Source: Reclinomonas americana ATCC 50394 (lineage: Eukaryota). Taken from it: DNA of 64,000 bases. Each line of letters starts with the position of its first letter. Positions within the stretch are counted from its first letter, which is position 1. The translations under genes and the position numbers were made by a program. Where the stretch lies: NCBI GenBank assembly GCA_048213135.1, contig PS015009.1, positions 1,612,001 to 1,676,000 of the forward strand, read 5' to 3'. This document shows, in pieces, positions 37,738 through 45,888 of this stretch. The notes under the pieces were generated by a model. That model was not told where the DNA came from. It ran no database searches and worked only from the letters and a program-made list of their open reading frames with translations.

Positions 37738-40359
37738 TCAGTTCTTCATGATCAGGTAATTGAAATTCTCAGCATTCACCCCTTCATATGCTCCATAACT
37801 GAACAGCTGGCGGAGCAATCTTTCCCTGTTCAGCAATAGTCCGCCAAGGTATTGTGACTGGATGAGCGCTGTTTTGTTGACAAGGGCGGGCACAGGCAGG
37901 GGGTAAGCGGACTGCCCGATCATCATATACCAGCCAGCGGACATTTTCCCGGCGGCGAGCCTGCTGTCTGCAGAATCGAGGTAATTAATGGGGAAACTGC
38001 TTTTCACCAGTCGGTTCATGGTAAGCGAATCCCTGGAATCAAAAGCGAATCCATATTGGATGCTGTTTTGCGCTGTTTTTTGCAGGTAGGTGCCGATGAA
38101 ATAACTGGCGTAGTTGGCAGCCAGCAGTTCATTCTGTTTCAGCAGCAAAGCGCAGGCTTTAAAATTCGCAGTATCGCCGTTGCCGGACTGGTACCGGTAA
38201 GCTTCGTTAAACAGGATCGGCAACAATATATCTCCGGCCAATATTGATTGCTGGGCAATAGTAACATTATTCAGCCGGAGCGCATTCTCCAGTTCATAGA
38301 TCGCGTTGCGATGATCCGGCGGAGCTTCGCTGGTAAAAGCATCCCAGCTGATCAGCTCCCGGTTGCTTCCGGTAAGACCGATCAGGAAACTGATGTTGCG
38401 CACCACTCGTCCATGCCTTTCACTTACTTCCGGTTTGATGATGTTGGAGAATATTTCCGGTTTTACCGGGTAATACTTCGAATTGAGCAGGATGGAGTCC
38501 GCCTTTATTTTTTGGTTCAGCTCATCAATCGATGTGGAAGGGAAGAATAAAGAATAAATAAATGAATGGTTGGATTTGATATTTCCTACCGGTCGCGTAT
38601 AGTTGAACAGCAGGCCAAAAGAAAGTTTATTGATGCTGTCCAGCTTATTGTACGCTGCCGCCAGTTTAGTATCCGTAATGGAAGATGTGAGATTGAAATC
38701 GGGGTTAAAGGAAGGTATATCCTGGTAAAAAACGTAGGTATTGATGTACTCTTCACATTTTTTGAAACTGCCTTCTTTCAGGTTAACATACTCCGACTTC
38801 AGCTTTTTATGACCGGGAAGAATACCAAGGTCAATGTCCATCTCCAGCCGGCTGATGGTTTGAAGACAAGCCTGGCATTTACCTTCCCACTCGTTCATGA
38901 TAAGTTGCCGGTTTACATACAAAGCATTTTCAATGGAAGTCAGCTTTTGCATAACAGTGTTGTGCTGCTCATCGATTTTGTCAGACAGCTCCAGCATTTT
39001 TTTGAAAGTCTCTACCTGCAGGGTCAGCATTTCCTGCTGGGTCTTCAGCAACTGGTCCATCCTGGCCTCAATCCTGTTCAGCGTCGCATCAATGCGGTCA
39101 AACCGCTGCATGATCTGTTTGTGCCGCTGTGCTGCTACATTATCACCGCCGCCGCCGAATAACCCGGTTATACTGGAAATAGCGCCGAGGTAATTACCGG
39201 ATGCGAAGTTGGTTACTGCTGAAAATGCGGCCTGGCCATAATTAATACCTTTGGCAATATCCTGTACCAGTGGTGAATCGCCTAATCCCAGGTCGCCAAG
39301 TATTTTTATTGAAATGGCGGCGGAATTCAAAAAATCCTTTGCCGTATTGAGCACCTTTTCTTTCTGCTCTTCCAGCTGGAGTTTTTCCTGCATCATCTTC
39401 CGTTCCTTAGCCGGCATATTAGAGAGCAGTCCCGCGTTCAAAGCCTGTATTTTTTCAGTCGTATTCATTTTGGAATACAGGAAGTCCTGCATAAAGTCCA
39501 GCGCTTTCTTGTCCGTTGTATATTCCTTATAGAACGCATCTATCCGCGTATTCATCTCCGCCTGTGCTTTCACCAGTACATCAAATCTCCTGTTCGATTC
39601 CTCCGCGAATTTGTAGGTGAACTTCGACAGGTTGGAAATGTTCTTATTGACATCATCGATCTGTATCTGCTGGCCCTGCAGGCCGGAAATCGTTCTCTCC
39701 AGCGTATTTTTAACCGACTCCTGTAAGAATTTCTGCTGCGACTTTTCGATGATCTCCTGGTATTCAGGATCAACATTCGCGAATGCGGCATTCGAGAAAA
39801 AATTCACTTCCTGCAATGCTTTTTTCACATCATCATAACTGCCTGATGTAATGATGCTGTTGTACCGGTCCTGACTGGTCTGCCGCAACTGTTCCAGCGA
39901 GTAGGCCAGCCTCTTTTTGTAATTGTTCGTCAGCTCATTTTCCGCTGCCTGAAATATCTGGTTATTGATCTCTTTCTGGATGGGACCAAGAATAGGAACG
40001 GACTCTACCGGCGCCATCACCAGTCTGCCCGTATATTCCACGGTCTTGAAGATGATGCGCTCCTTATCTGCCTTCTGTTTATTACTGGATATGATCTTCT
40101 GAAAATCGGCGGACAGTTTTTCAGCGTTGTTATTCGCGTTGAGAATGGCTGCCTGGTACTGGCTTTCCCATTTATCGCCGGGTGTGGTTTGACTGAATGT
40201 ATATTTAGCCAGGTCTGTAAAATATTTCATGGTGTAGGTTCCCGCGTCGGAGCGTTTCAGCATCCGGCCTACCTGTTTTTTATAATTGTCATCCTGGGGC
40301 GGCTGTCCTAAAGCTGCCGAGAAAGCCGTGGTCATTAGTAATATGAGTAATGCCTTCAT
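37738..40359 (-). CDS. Large secreted alpha-helical/coiled-coil hypothetical protein
   Basis: 873-aa ORF with signal peptide, coiled coils and a Gly-rich amphipathic segment. Confidence 0.8.
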   Translation of the reverse strand: MKALLILLMTTAFSAALGQPPQDDNYKKQVGRMLKRSDAGTYTMKYFTDLAKYTFSQTTPGDKWESQYQAAILNANNNAEKLSADFQKIISSNKQKADKERIIFKTVEYTGRLVMAPVESVPILGPIQKEINNQIFQAAENELTNNYKKRLAYSLEQLRQTSQDRYNSIITSGSYDDVKKALQEVNFFSNAAFANVDPEYQEIIEKSQQKFLQESVKNTLERTISGLQGQQIQIDDVNKNISNLSKFTYKFAEESNRRFDVLVKAQAEMNTRIDAFYKEYTTDKKALDFMQDFLYSKMNTTEKIQALNAGLLSNMPAKERKMMQEKLQLEEQKEKVLNTAKDFLNSAAISIKILGDLGLGDSPLVQDIAKGINYGQAAFSAVTNFASGNYLGAISSITGLFGGGGDNVAAQRHKQIMQRFDRIDATLNRIEARMDQLLKTQQEMLTLQVETFKKMLELSDKIDEQHNTVMQKLTSIENALYVNRQLIMNEWEGKCQACLQTISRLEMDIDLGILPGHKKLKSEYVNLKEGSFKKCEEYINTYVFYQDIPSFNPDFNLTSSITDTKLAAAYNKLDSINKLSFGLLFNYTRPVGNIKSNHSFIYSLFFPSTSIDELNQKIKADSILLNSKYYPVKPEIFSNIIKPEVSERHGRVVRNISFLIGLTGSNRELISWDAFTSEAPPDHRNAIYELENALRLNNVTIAQQSILAGDILLPILFNEAYRYQSGNGDTANFKACALLLKQNELLAANYASYFIGTYLQKTAQNSIQYGFAFDSRDSLTMNRLVKSSFPINYLDSADSRLAAGKMSAGWYMMIGQSAYPLPVPALVNKTALIQSQYLGGLLLNRERLLRQLFSYGAYEGVNAENFNYLIMKN

Positions 40360-40363
40360 GGTA

Positions 40364-40999
40364 TCAGTTGTTGCCGGTTGTTGAATTCCTGATCTCTTTT
40401 TTCAGTTCTTCCACCACTTTCCTGATCTTCTCTTCCGCTTCCGCCAATATCATTTTGCTGAGCTGGTCTTTATATGCCTGCGTGATCACTTCATTGGGAA
40501 TGGATTGCAGGTAATTCAGCACATTGGTGTGGGTTACCCGCATAGCAGAATCCGTATATTTTTTAGCGGTAGTATCAATTCTTGTTGTGAGTTCACTGAT
40601 CAGTTTATACAATTCCGCTTCGCGGTATGAAGTGGATTTTTCAAATATCAGCGAAGCTGTGCCCACACCGGAAAGATCAGGAGCGCCCGCCATGGTTTTG
40701 ATGGTGTAGCCCTTGCCATTCATATGGTCCGTTATCATCTGCATAGCTGTTTGTAACGTTATTTTTATGCCGGGTGTATTTTTGTTGATGTCATAAGAAA
40801 CGGATCTTTGCTGAAGACCAACACCGGTATTGTTAAAACCACCCGGGCTTACAGAGGTGGCCAGCCATTCCCCCACCATACCGCCACCTGTTTTTGCTGT
40901 GGAAACAACAATTACCACTGATTCATATTTGTAAGGATTTTGTGCGCCTGCAGTAACAACCGCTATAATGAGAGTTATTAAAACCGAGATGTATTTCAT
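40364..40999 (-). CDS. Secreted hypothetical protein with C-terminal coiled coil
   Basis: Signal peptide MKYISVLITLIIAVVTAGA; ends 4 nt before the 873-aa gene. Confidence 0.78.
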   Translation of the reverse strand: MKYISVLITLIIAVVTAGAQNPYKYESVVIVVSTAKTGGGMVGEWLATSVSPGGFNNTGVGLQQRSVSYDINKNTPGIKITLQTAMQMITDHMNGKGYTIKTMAGAPDLSGVGTASLIFEKSTSYREAELYKLISELTTRIDTTAKKYTDSAMRVTHTNVLNYLQSIPNEVITQAYKDQLSKMILAEAEEKIRKVVEELKKEIRNSTTGNN

Positions 41000-41168
41000 A
41001 TGTGTAATTTTATAAGTGTACTACTACCGCTAAAGTATATGCGAAGGGCCGCCGGCAAAAGGGTTAAAACACCGTTTATGCAGATACGTATGAAAAGAAA
41101 AGGATGGTACAATAAGGTTTGATGACGAGTCCGCTCAATTGATTAATTTTAATGTATAAACCGGGGAT

Positions 41169-42896
41169 ATGAAAAGAGCAGGTGTATTTATTGCATTACT
41201 ATTGATGATGATGGAAGCGTTGGCCCAGGACAAGCCTTTCATCAAACTGGTGGAACCCTTAAAGGCGATCGTGGTGACCAAAACCGCACGCCAGTTCCTC
41301 ATTGGCAGCACCTGCAAAACCTGCAGCCTGGATGTGAATGGAGTGTCGGTGAAAGTATATCCCACAGGGGCTTTCGCTTATGAACTGAACCTGCAGCCCG
41401 GCGATACCGTGTTTACCCTCACCGCACAATCCGCCGGTGTTACCCCTACCAGCAGGAAGGTAACCTACAGCTACAGCAAACCCGCCCCGGCGGATACGGT
41501 AAAGATGCTGGGCATCGCCTGGGTGGAAACTTATCCCGAAGGCGACCTGGTACTTAAAGCAGGAGATAAAGTGAAATTCAAAGTAAAAGGACTTACGGGT
41601 TGTAAAGTAACCGCCAACGGAAATATCCCTTTGTACGAAATACCTGGCGGCATGCCGGGCATTTACCAGGGCGAGTATGAAATCAAAGAAACCGACAGCT
41701 TTCCTGCAAGAAAAATACCGGTAACCATAACAGACGTTTCCGGGAAAACAGTGAAGTGGGAAAGTAAGTATACGCTGGCGACCATGGACAAACAGTCGCC
41801 GGACATTGCCATAACGAAAGGCCGCCTGTCGCACCTGCTTTTCGGGCTGGGTGAAGACCGGCTGGGCGGCGCTAAAATAGGGTATCTCGATTCTATGGTG
41901 CGGCTCAAGATAGCTGGTAAAATAGGCAGCCAGTACAAAGTGCAGCTCACCAAATACCGCACCGCTTATATTGATGATGAATATGTAAGTTTCCTGCCCA
42001 AAGGAACTTTCACACCCGAATCGCTGACTGGTAACTTCCGGGCTTATGGTGATGAGAAGTACGATTATGTTTCTATCGGAATGCTGAGCCGGTTACCTTA
42101 CCAGTCGCAGCAGCGTATCGACCCGTCCCGGATCGTAGTGGATGTTTTCGGCGCCACCAGCAACACCAACTGGATCATTCAGCTCGAAAACTGCAAAGAG
42201 ATCGCTAACGTGGAATACGAACAGGCGGAAGATGATGTATTGCGGGTGACCATACACCTGAAACACCAGCAGCATTGGGGGCATACCATTTATTATAATG
42301 GAACCAACCTGGTGATACGGGTAAAGCGTCAACCTGAACAGTTATCCCTGCAAGCACTGGTCATTGGTGTGGATGCGGGCCATGGCGGCAGCAATACCGG
42401 TGCCGGCGGGCCAACAGGCTCTTCAGAAAAAGCGCTGGCACTGGCGGTATCACTGAAGTTGCAGCAGGCGCTGGAAAAGGAAGGGGCCAAAGTGATCATG
42501 TCACGTACAACAGAAAAATTCTTCGACAATAAAGAACGCATTCTTTTTTACCGCGACAGTACGCCCGACCTGCTGGTGAGTATTCACCTGAATTCATCTG
42601 CCGATCCCATCAGGGTAAGCGGAACCAGTACTTATTATCGTTATGTCGGTTTCCGCGACCTGAGCCATGCTATTTACAAACGTATGCTGGAGCTGGGTTT
42701 GAAGGAATACGGCAATGTGGGGTCTTTCAATTTTATGCTCAACAGTCCAACGGAATATCCCAATGCACTCGTGGAAACACTCTTCATCAGCAACCCGGAA
42801 GATGAGATGAAAATACTCGATGAAGGATTCCAGCAACAGATCGCGGATAAGATCGTTTTGGGGATTAAAGATTTTTTAAATGGAATGAAGAAATAA
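41169..42896 (+). CDS. N-acetylmuramoyl-L-alanine amidase (Amidase_3)
   Basis: 'VDAGHGG', 'SEK', 'LVSIHLNS', 'LVETLFISN'. Confidence 0.92.
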   Translation: MKRAGVFIALLLMMMEALAQDKPFIKLVEPLKAIVVTKTARQFLIGSTCKTCSLDVNGVSVKVYPTGAFAYELNLQPGDTVFTLTAQSAGVTPTSRKVTYSYSKPAPADTVKMLGIAWVETYPEGDLVLKAGDKVKFKVKGLTGCKVTANGNIPLYEIPGGMPGIYQGEYEIKETDSFPARKIPVTITDVSGKTVKWESKYTLATMDKQSPDIAITKGRLSHLLFGLGEDRLGGAKIGYLDSMVRLKIAGKIGSQYKVQLTKYRTAYIDDEYVSFLPKGTFTPESLTGNFRAYGDEKYDYVSIGMLSRLPYQSQQRIDPSRIVVDVFGATSNTNWIIQLENCKEIANVEYEQAEDDVLRVTIHLKHQQHWGHTIYYNGTNLVIRVKRQPEQLSLQALVIGVDAGHGGSNTGAGGPTGSSEKALALAVSLKLQQALEKEGAKVIMSRTTEKFFDNKERILFYRDSTPDLLVSIHLNSSADPIRVSGTSTYYRYVGFRDLSHAIYKRMLELGLKEYGNVGSFNFMLNSPTEYPNALVETLFISNPEDEMKILDEGFQQQIADKIVLGIKDFLNGMKK

Positions 42897-43063
42897 GAAT
42901 GTTTGAATGTACGGATATGCGAATTCAGGCCATCCGGCACGGAACAGGTGATGCAGATGTACGAATGAACGATCATTGCGCCTTTGCGAACCTTGCGTGA
43001 AACAAAACCTGCCTCAACATTTTGATTTTTTAATTTTTACTTTTGACTTTCAAAACCACACAC

Positions 43064-43408
43064 ATGGGACAACTCGTCAACGAATTCAATGAATACCGCA
43101 CCAGGATGAATGAAGTTATTTTGTCGAAAGACAACCTGGTCATTAAACGGCTCTGGAACCTGGATACAAATACCTACGCTGAAGGAGCGCTGGACGTAAA
43201 AACGAAAGAGCTGCTGGGCCTGGTGGCAAGCATGGTACTCCGCTGCGATGATTGTATCAAATACCACCTGGGCAAATCGCGGGAGCTGGGCGTTACCACC
43301 GAAGAAATGTATGAAGTATTTGCCGTGGCCAATATTGTGGGCGGTACTATTGTAATACCCCATACCCGCCGGGCTGCCGAATACTGGGAAGAACTGGTTG
43401 CAGGCTAA
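43064..43408 (+). CDS. Carboxymuconolactone decarboxylase/AhpD family protein
   Basis: 'GALDVKTKELL', 'RCDDCIKYH'. Confidence 0.9.
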   Translation: MGQLVNEFNEYRTRMNEVILSKDNLVIKRLWNLDTNTYAEGALDVKTKELLGLVASMVLRCDDCIKYHLGKSRELGVTTEEMYEVFAVANIVGGTIVIPHTRRAAEYWEELVAG

Positions 43409-43490
43409 AAGTTAAAACTGGCCCCGGACATTCGTAATTGCCAATTCGGAATTCATAATTACTGGCTAACTTTGTACATATTCATTTACT

Positions 43491-44531
43491 ATGGCAGAAA
43501 CAGCTATCAACCCTACTCCCGCGCCACTAACGGCCAAAGACTTTGCAACCGACCAGGAAGTACGCTGGTGCCCGGGCTGCGGTGATTATTCCATCCTGGC
43601 GCAGGTGCAGAAAGTGATGCCAACGCTGGGTATTCCAAAAGAGAACATCGTTATCGTAAGCGGTATCGGCTGCAGCAGCCGTTTTCCTTATTATATGAAT
43701 ACCTATGGCATGCACAGCATCCACGGCCGGGCAACGGCTATTGCCAGTGGGTTAAAAGCCGCCCGCCCCGAGTTGAGTGTATGGGTGGTAACCGGTGACG
43801 GCGACAGCCTGAGCATTGGCGGTAACCATACCATTCACCTGCTGCGCCGCAATTTCGATATTAATATTTTACTGTTCAATAACCAGATATACGGTCTTAC
43901 CAAGGGGCAATATTCGCCTACATCGGAAGAGAACAAAGTGACCAAGTCTACCCCCTTTGGCAGTATCGATCACCCGTTCAATCCCCTGGCACTGGCCATG
44001 GGTGCCGACGGCAGCTTTATTGCCCGTACTATGGACCGCGACCCCAAACACCTGCAGGCTATGCTGCTGCGTGCACAGGCGCACAAGGGAGCTTCTTTCC
44101 TGGAGATCTACCAGAACTGCAACATCTTCAACGACGGGGCTTTCGAAATATTCACCGAAAAAAGCACCAAAGCCGATGAGGTATTGTTCCTGGAACAGGG
44201 CAAACCGCTGATCTTCGGCGCCAGCCAGAACAAAGGCATAAAACTGGACGGGTTCCGTCCCGTTGTGGTAGACCTGCAGGAAGGCGCATCAACAGATGAC
44301 CTGTGGATACATGATGAAAAAGATTTTTATAAAGCACAGATACTCATCCGTATGTTCGACGACCCAAGGCTGGAAGGGCATCTTCCCCGCCCCTTCGGTG
44401 TTTTTTATGAAGCAGAAAGGGCTTGTTATGAAGATGTAATGGCAATGCAGATTGATGAAGTGATTGCCCAGAAAGGTAAGGGCGATCTGGACAAACTGCT
44501 GAAAGGGAAAGAGACCTGGGTGATCAATTAA
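43491..44531 (+). CDS. korB: 2-oxoacid:ferredoxin oxidoreductase subunit beta
   Basis: 'WCPGCGD', 'SGIGCSSR', TPP motif 'GDGD...NNQIYGLTKGQ'; TAACTTTG promoter at 43467. Confidence 0.93.
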   Translation: MAETAINPTPAPLTAKDFATDQEVRWCPGCGDYSILAQVQKVMPTLGIPKENIVIVSGIGCSSRFPYYMNTYGMHSIHGRATAIASGLKAARPELSVWVVTGDGDSLSIGGNHTIHLLRRNFDINILLFNNQIYGLTKGQYSPTSEENKVTKSTPFGSIDHPFNPLALAMGADGSFIARTMDRDPKHLQAMLLRAQAHKGASFLEIYQNCNIFNDGAFEIFTEKSTKADEVLFLEQGKPLIFGASQNKGIKLDGFRPVVVDLQEGASTDDLWIHDEKDFYKAQILIRMFDDPRLEGHLPRPFGVFYEAERACYEDVMAMQIDEVIAQKGKGDLDKLLKGKETWVIN

Positions 44532-44550
44532 TTGATAATTGACTATAAAT

Positions 44551-44587
44551 AAAAAATGCGGCGTGACCATCATCACGCCGCATTTTT
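44551..44587. terminator. Bidirectional terminator
   Basis: AAAAAATGCGGCGTGA...TCACGCCGCATTTT. Confidence 0.85.
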
Positions 44588-44610
44588 ATTCTGATGATAT
44601 TGCTTTATTA

Positions 44611-45606
44611 TTAATTCTGCAGCAATCCTTTCTGCAGCAACGTTTCCGCGATCTGCACCGCGTTGGTGGCGGCGCCCTTGCGCAGGTTGTCGCTCACAAT
44701 CCAGCAGTTGAGGGTGTTGGGCTGCGTTTCGTCGCGGCGAAGGCGGCCTACAAATGTTTCATCTTTATCGTGCGCTGTAAGCGGCATCGGGTAAAGGAAG
44801 TTGTCGGTATCATCCTGCAGCACAACGCCTGGTGTCTGGCTTAACAGCTGCCTCACTTCCGCCAGGTCAAAATCATTTTCAAATTCAATATTCACACTTT
44901 CGCTGTGGCCGCCAAAGGTGGGAATACGTACGCAGGTGGCCGTTACTTTTATACTGTCATCGCCCATGATCTTCCTGGTTTCGTTCACCATTTTCATTTC
45001 TTCTTTGGTGTAACCATTGTCGAGGAACACATCAATATGTGGTATCGCGTTCAGGTCGATAGGATATTTGTACGCCATTTCGCCCTGTACACCTTTTCTT
45101 TCATTCATCAACTGGTCAACAGCTTTTACGCCTGTGCCGGTAACGCTCTGGTAGGTGCTGACCACCACCCTTTTAATGCGGTACTTTTCATGCAGCGGTT
45201 TCAGCACCACTACCATTTGTATGGTGGAGCAGTTGGGGTTGGCAATGATCTTATCCTCAGCCGTCAGCACAGCCGAATTCACCTCGGGCACTACCAGTTT
45301 TTTGGAAGGGTCCATCCGCCAGGCGCTGGAATTGTCGATCACCGTAATACCAGCCTCCGCGAATTTTGGCGCCAGCTCCAGCGAAGTGGCACCGCCTGCG
45401 GAAAAGATGGCGACAGCGGGACGGGCAGCAATAGCGTCGGCAGCGCTCACAATGGTATAGGACTTACCCTTAAAACTCACCTGTTTACCTACCGACCTTT
45501 CGGAGGCAACTGGAATAAGTTCGGTTACGGGAAAATCCCTTTCGGCAAGTACCTGCAACATTTTGGTACCTACCAGGCCTGTGGCGCCTACTACTGCTAC
45601 TTTCAT
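44611..45606 (-). CDS. asd: Aspartate-semialdehyde dehydrogenase
   Basis: 'VVGATGLVG', 'IANPNCSTIQ', 'DNLRKGAATNAVQ'. Confidence 0.97.
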   Translation of the reverse strand: MKVAVVGATGLVGTKMLQVLAERDFPVTELIPVASERSVGKQVSFKGKSYTIVSAADAIAARPAVAIFSAGGATSLELAPKFAEAGITVIDNSSAWRMDPSKKLVVPEVNSAVLTAEDKIIANPNCSTIQMVVVLKPLHEKYRIKRVVVSTYQSVTGTGVKAVDQLMNERKGVQGEMAYKYPIDLNAIPHIDVFLDNGYTKEEMKMVNETRKIMGDDSIKVTATCVRIPTFGGHSESVNIEFENDFDLAEVRQLLSQTPGVVLQDDTDNFLYPMPLTAHDKDETFVGRLRRDETQPNTLNCWIVSDNLRKGAATNAVQIAETLLQKGLLQN

Positions 45607-45631
45607 GTTTGTTGTTGTTTAATGGTATGAT

Positions 45632-45726
45632 AAAAATAAAGCCTTCCATCCGGAAGGCTCTGTCAATATTGTTGAACATATAAAACAGCATCAACCTTCC
45701 CCGTTGCAGGAACGCTTCTTCATCAT
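45632..45726 (-). promoter_or_regulatory. Putative leader-peptide transcription attenuator of asd (leader MMKKRSCNGEG)
   Basis: uORF 45726-45691; terminator AGAGCCTTCC-GGAT-GGAAGGCTTT-ATTTTT; antiterminator segment GGAAGGTT. Confidence 0.65.
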
Positions 45727-45888
45727 TTTTATATGTTTATTCTTAGTTGTCAAAGTGGGCCGAAATTAATAACAAAATCATATCCCGCCAAACTTAATCC
45801 CGGTTTTAAAAACCAAAAACAGGAGATTATTCCCCGGGCCGGGCGAAAAACAATAGGTAACATAGCAGGAAATTTTAAACCGAACCTT

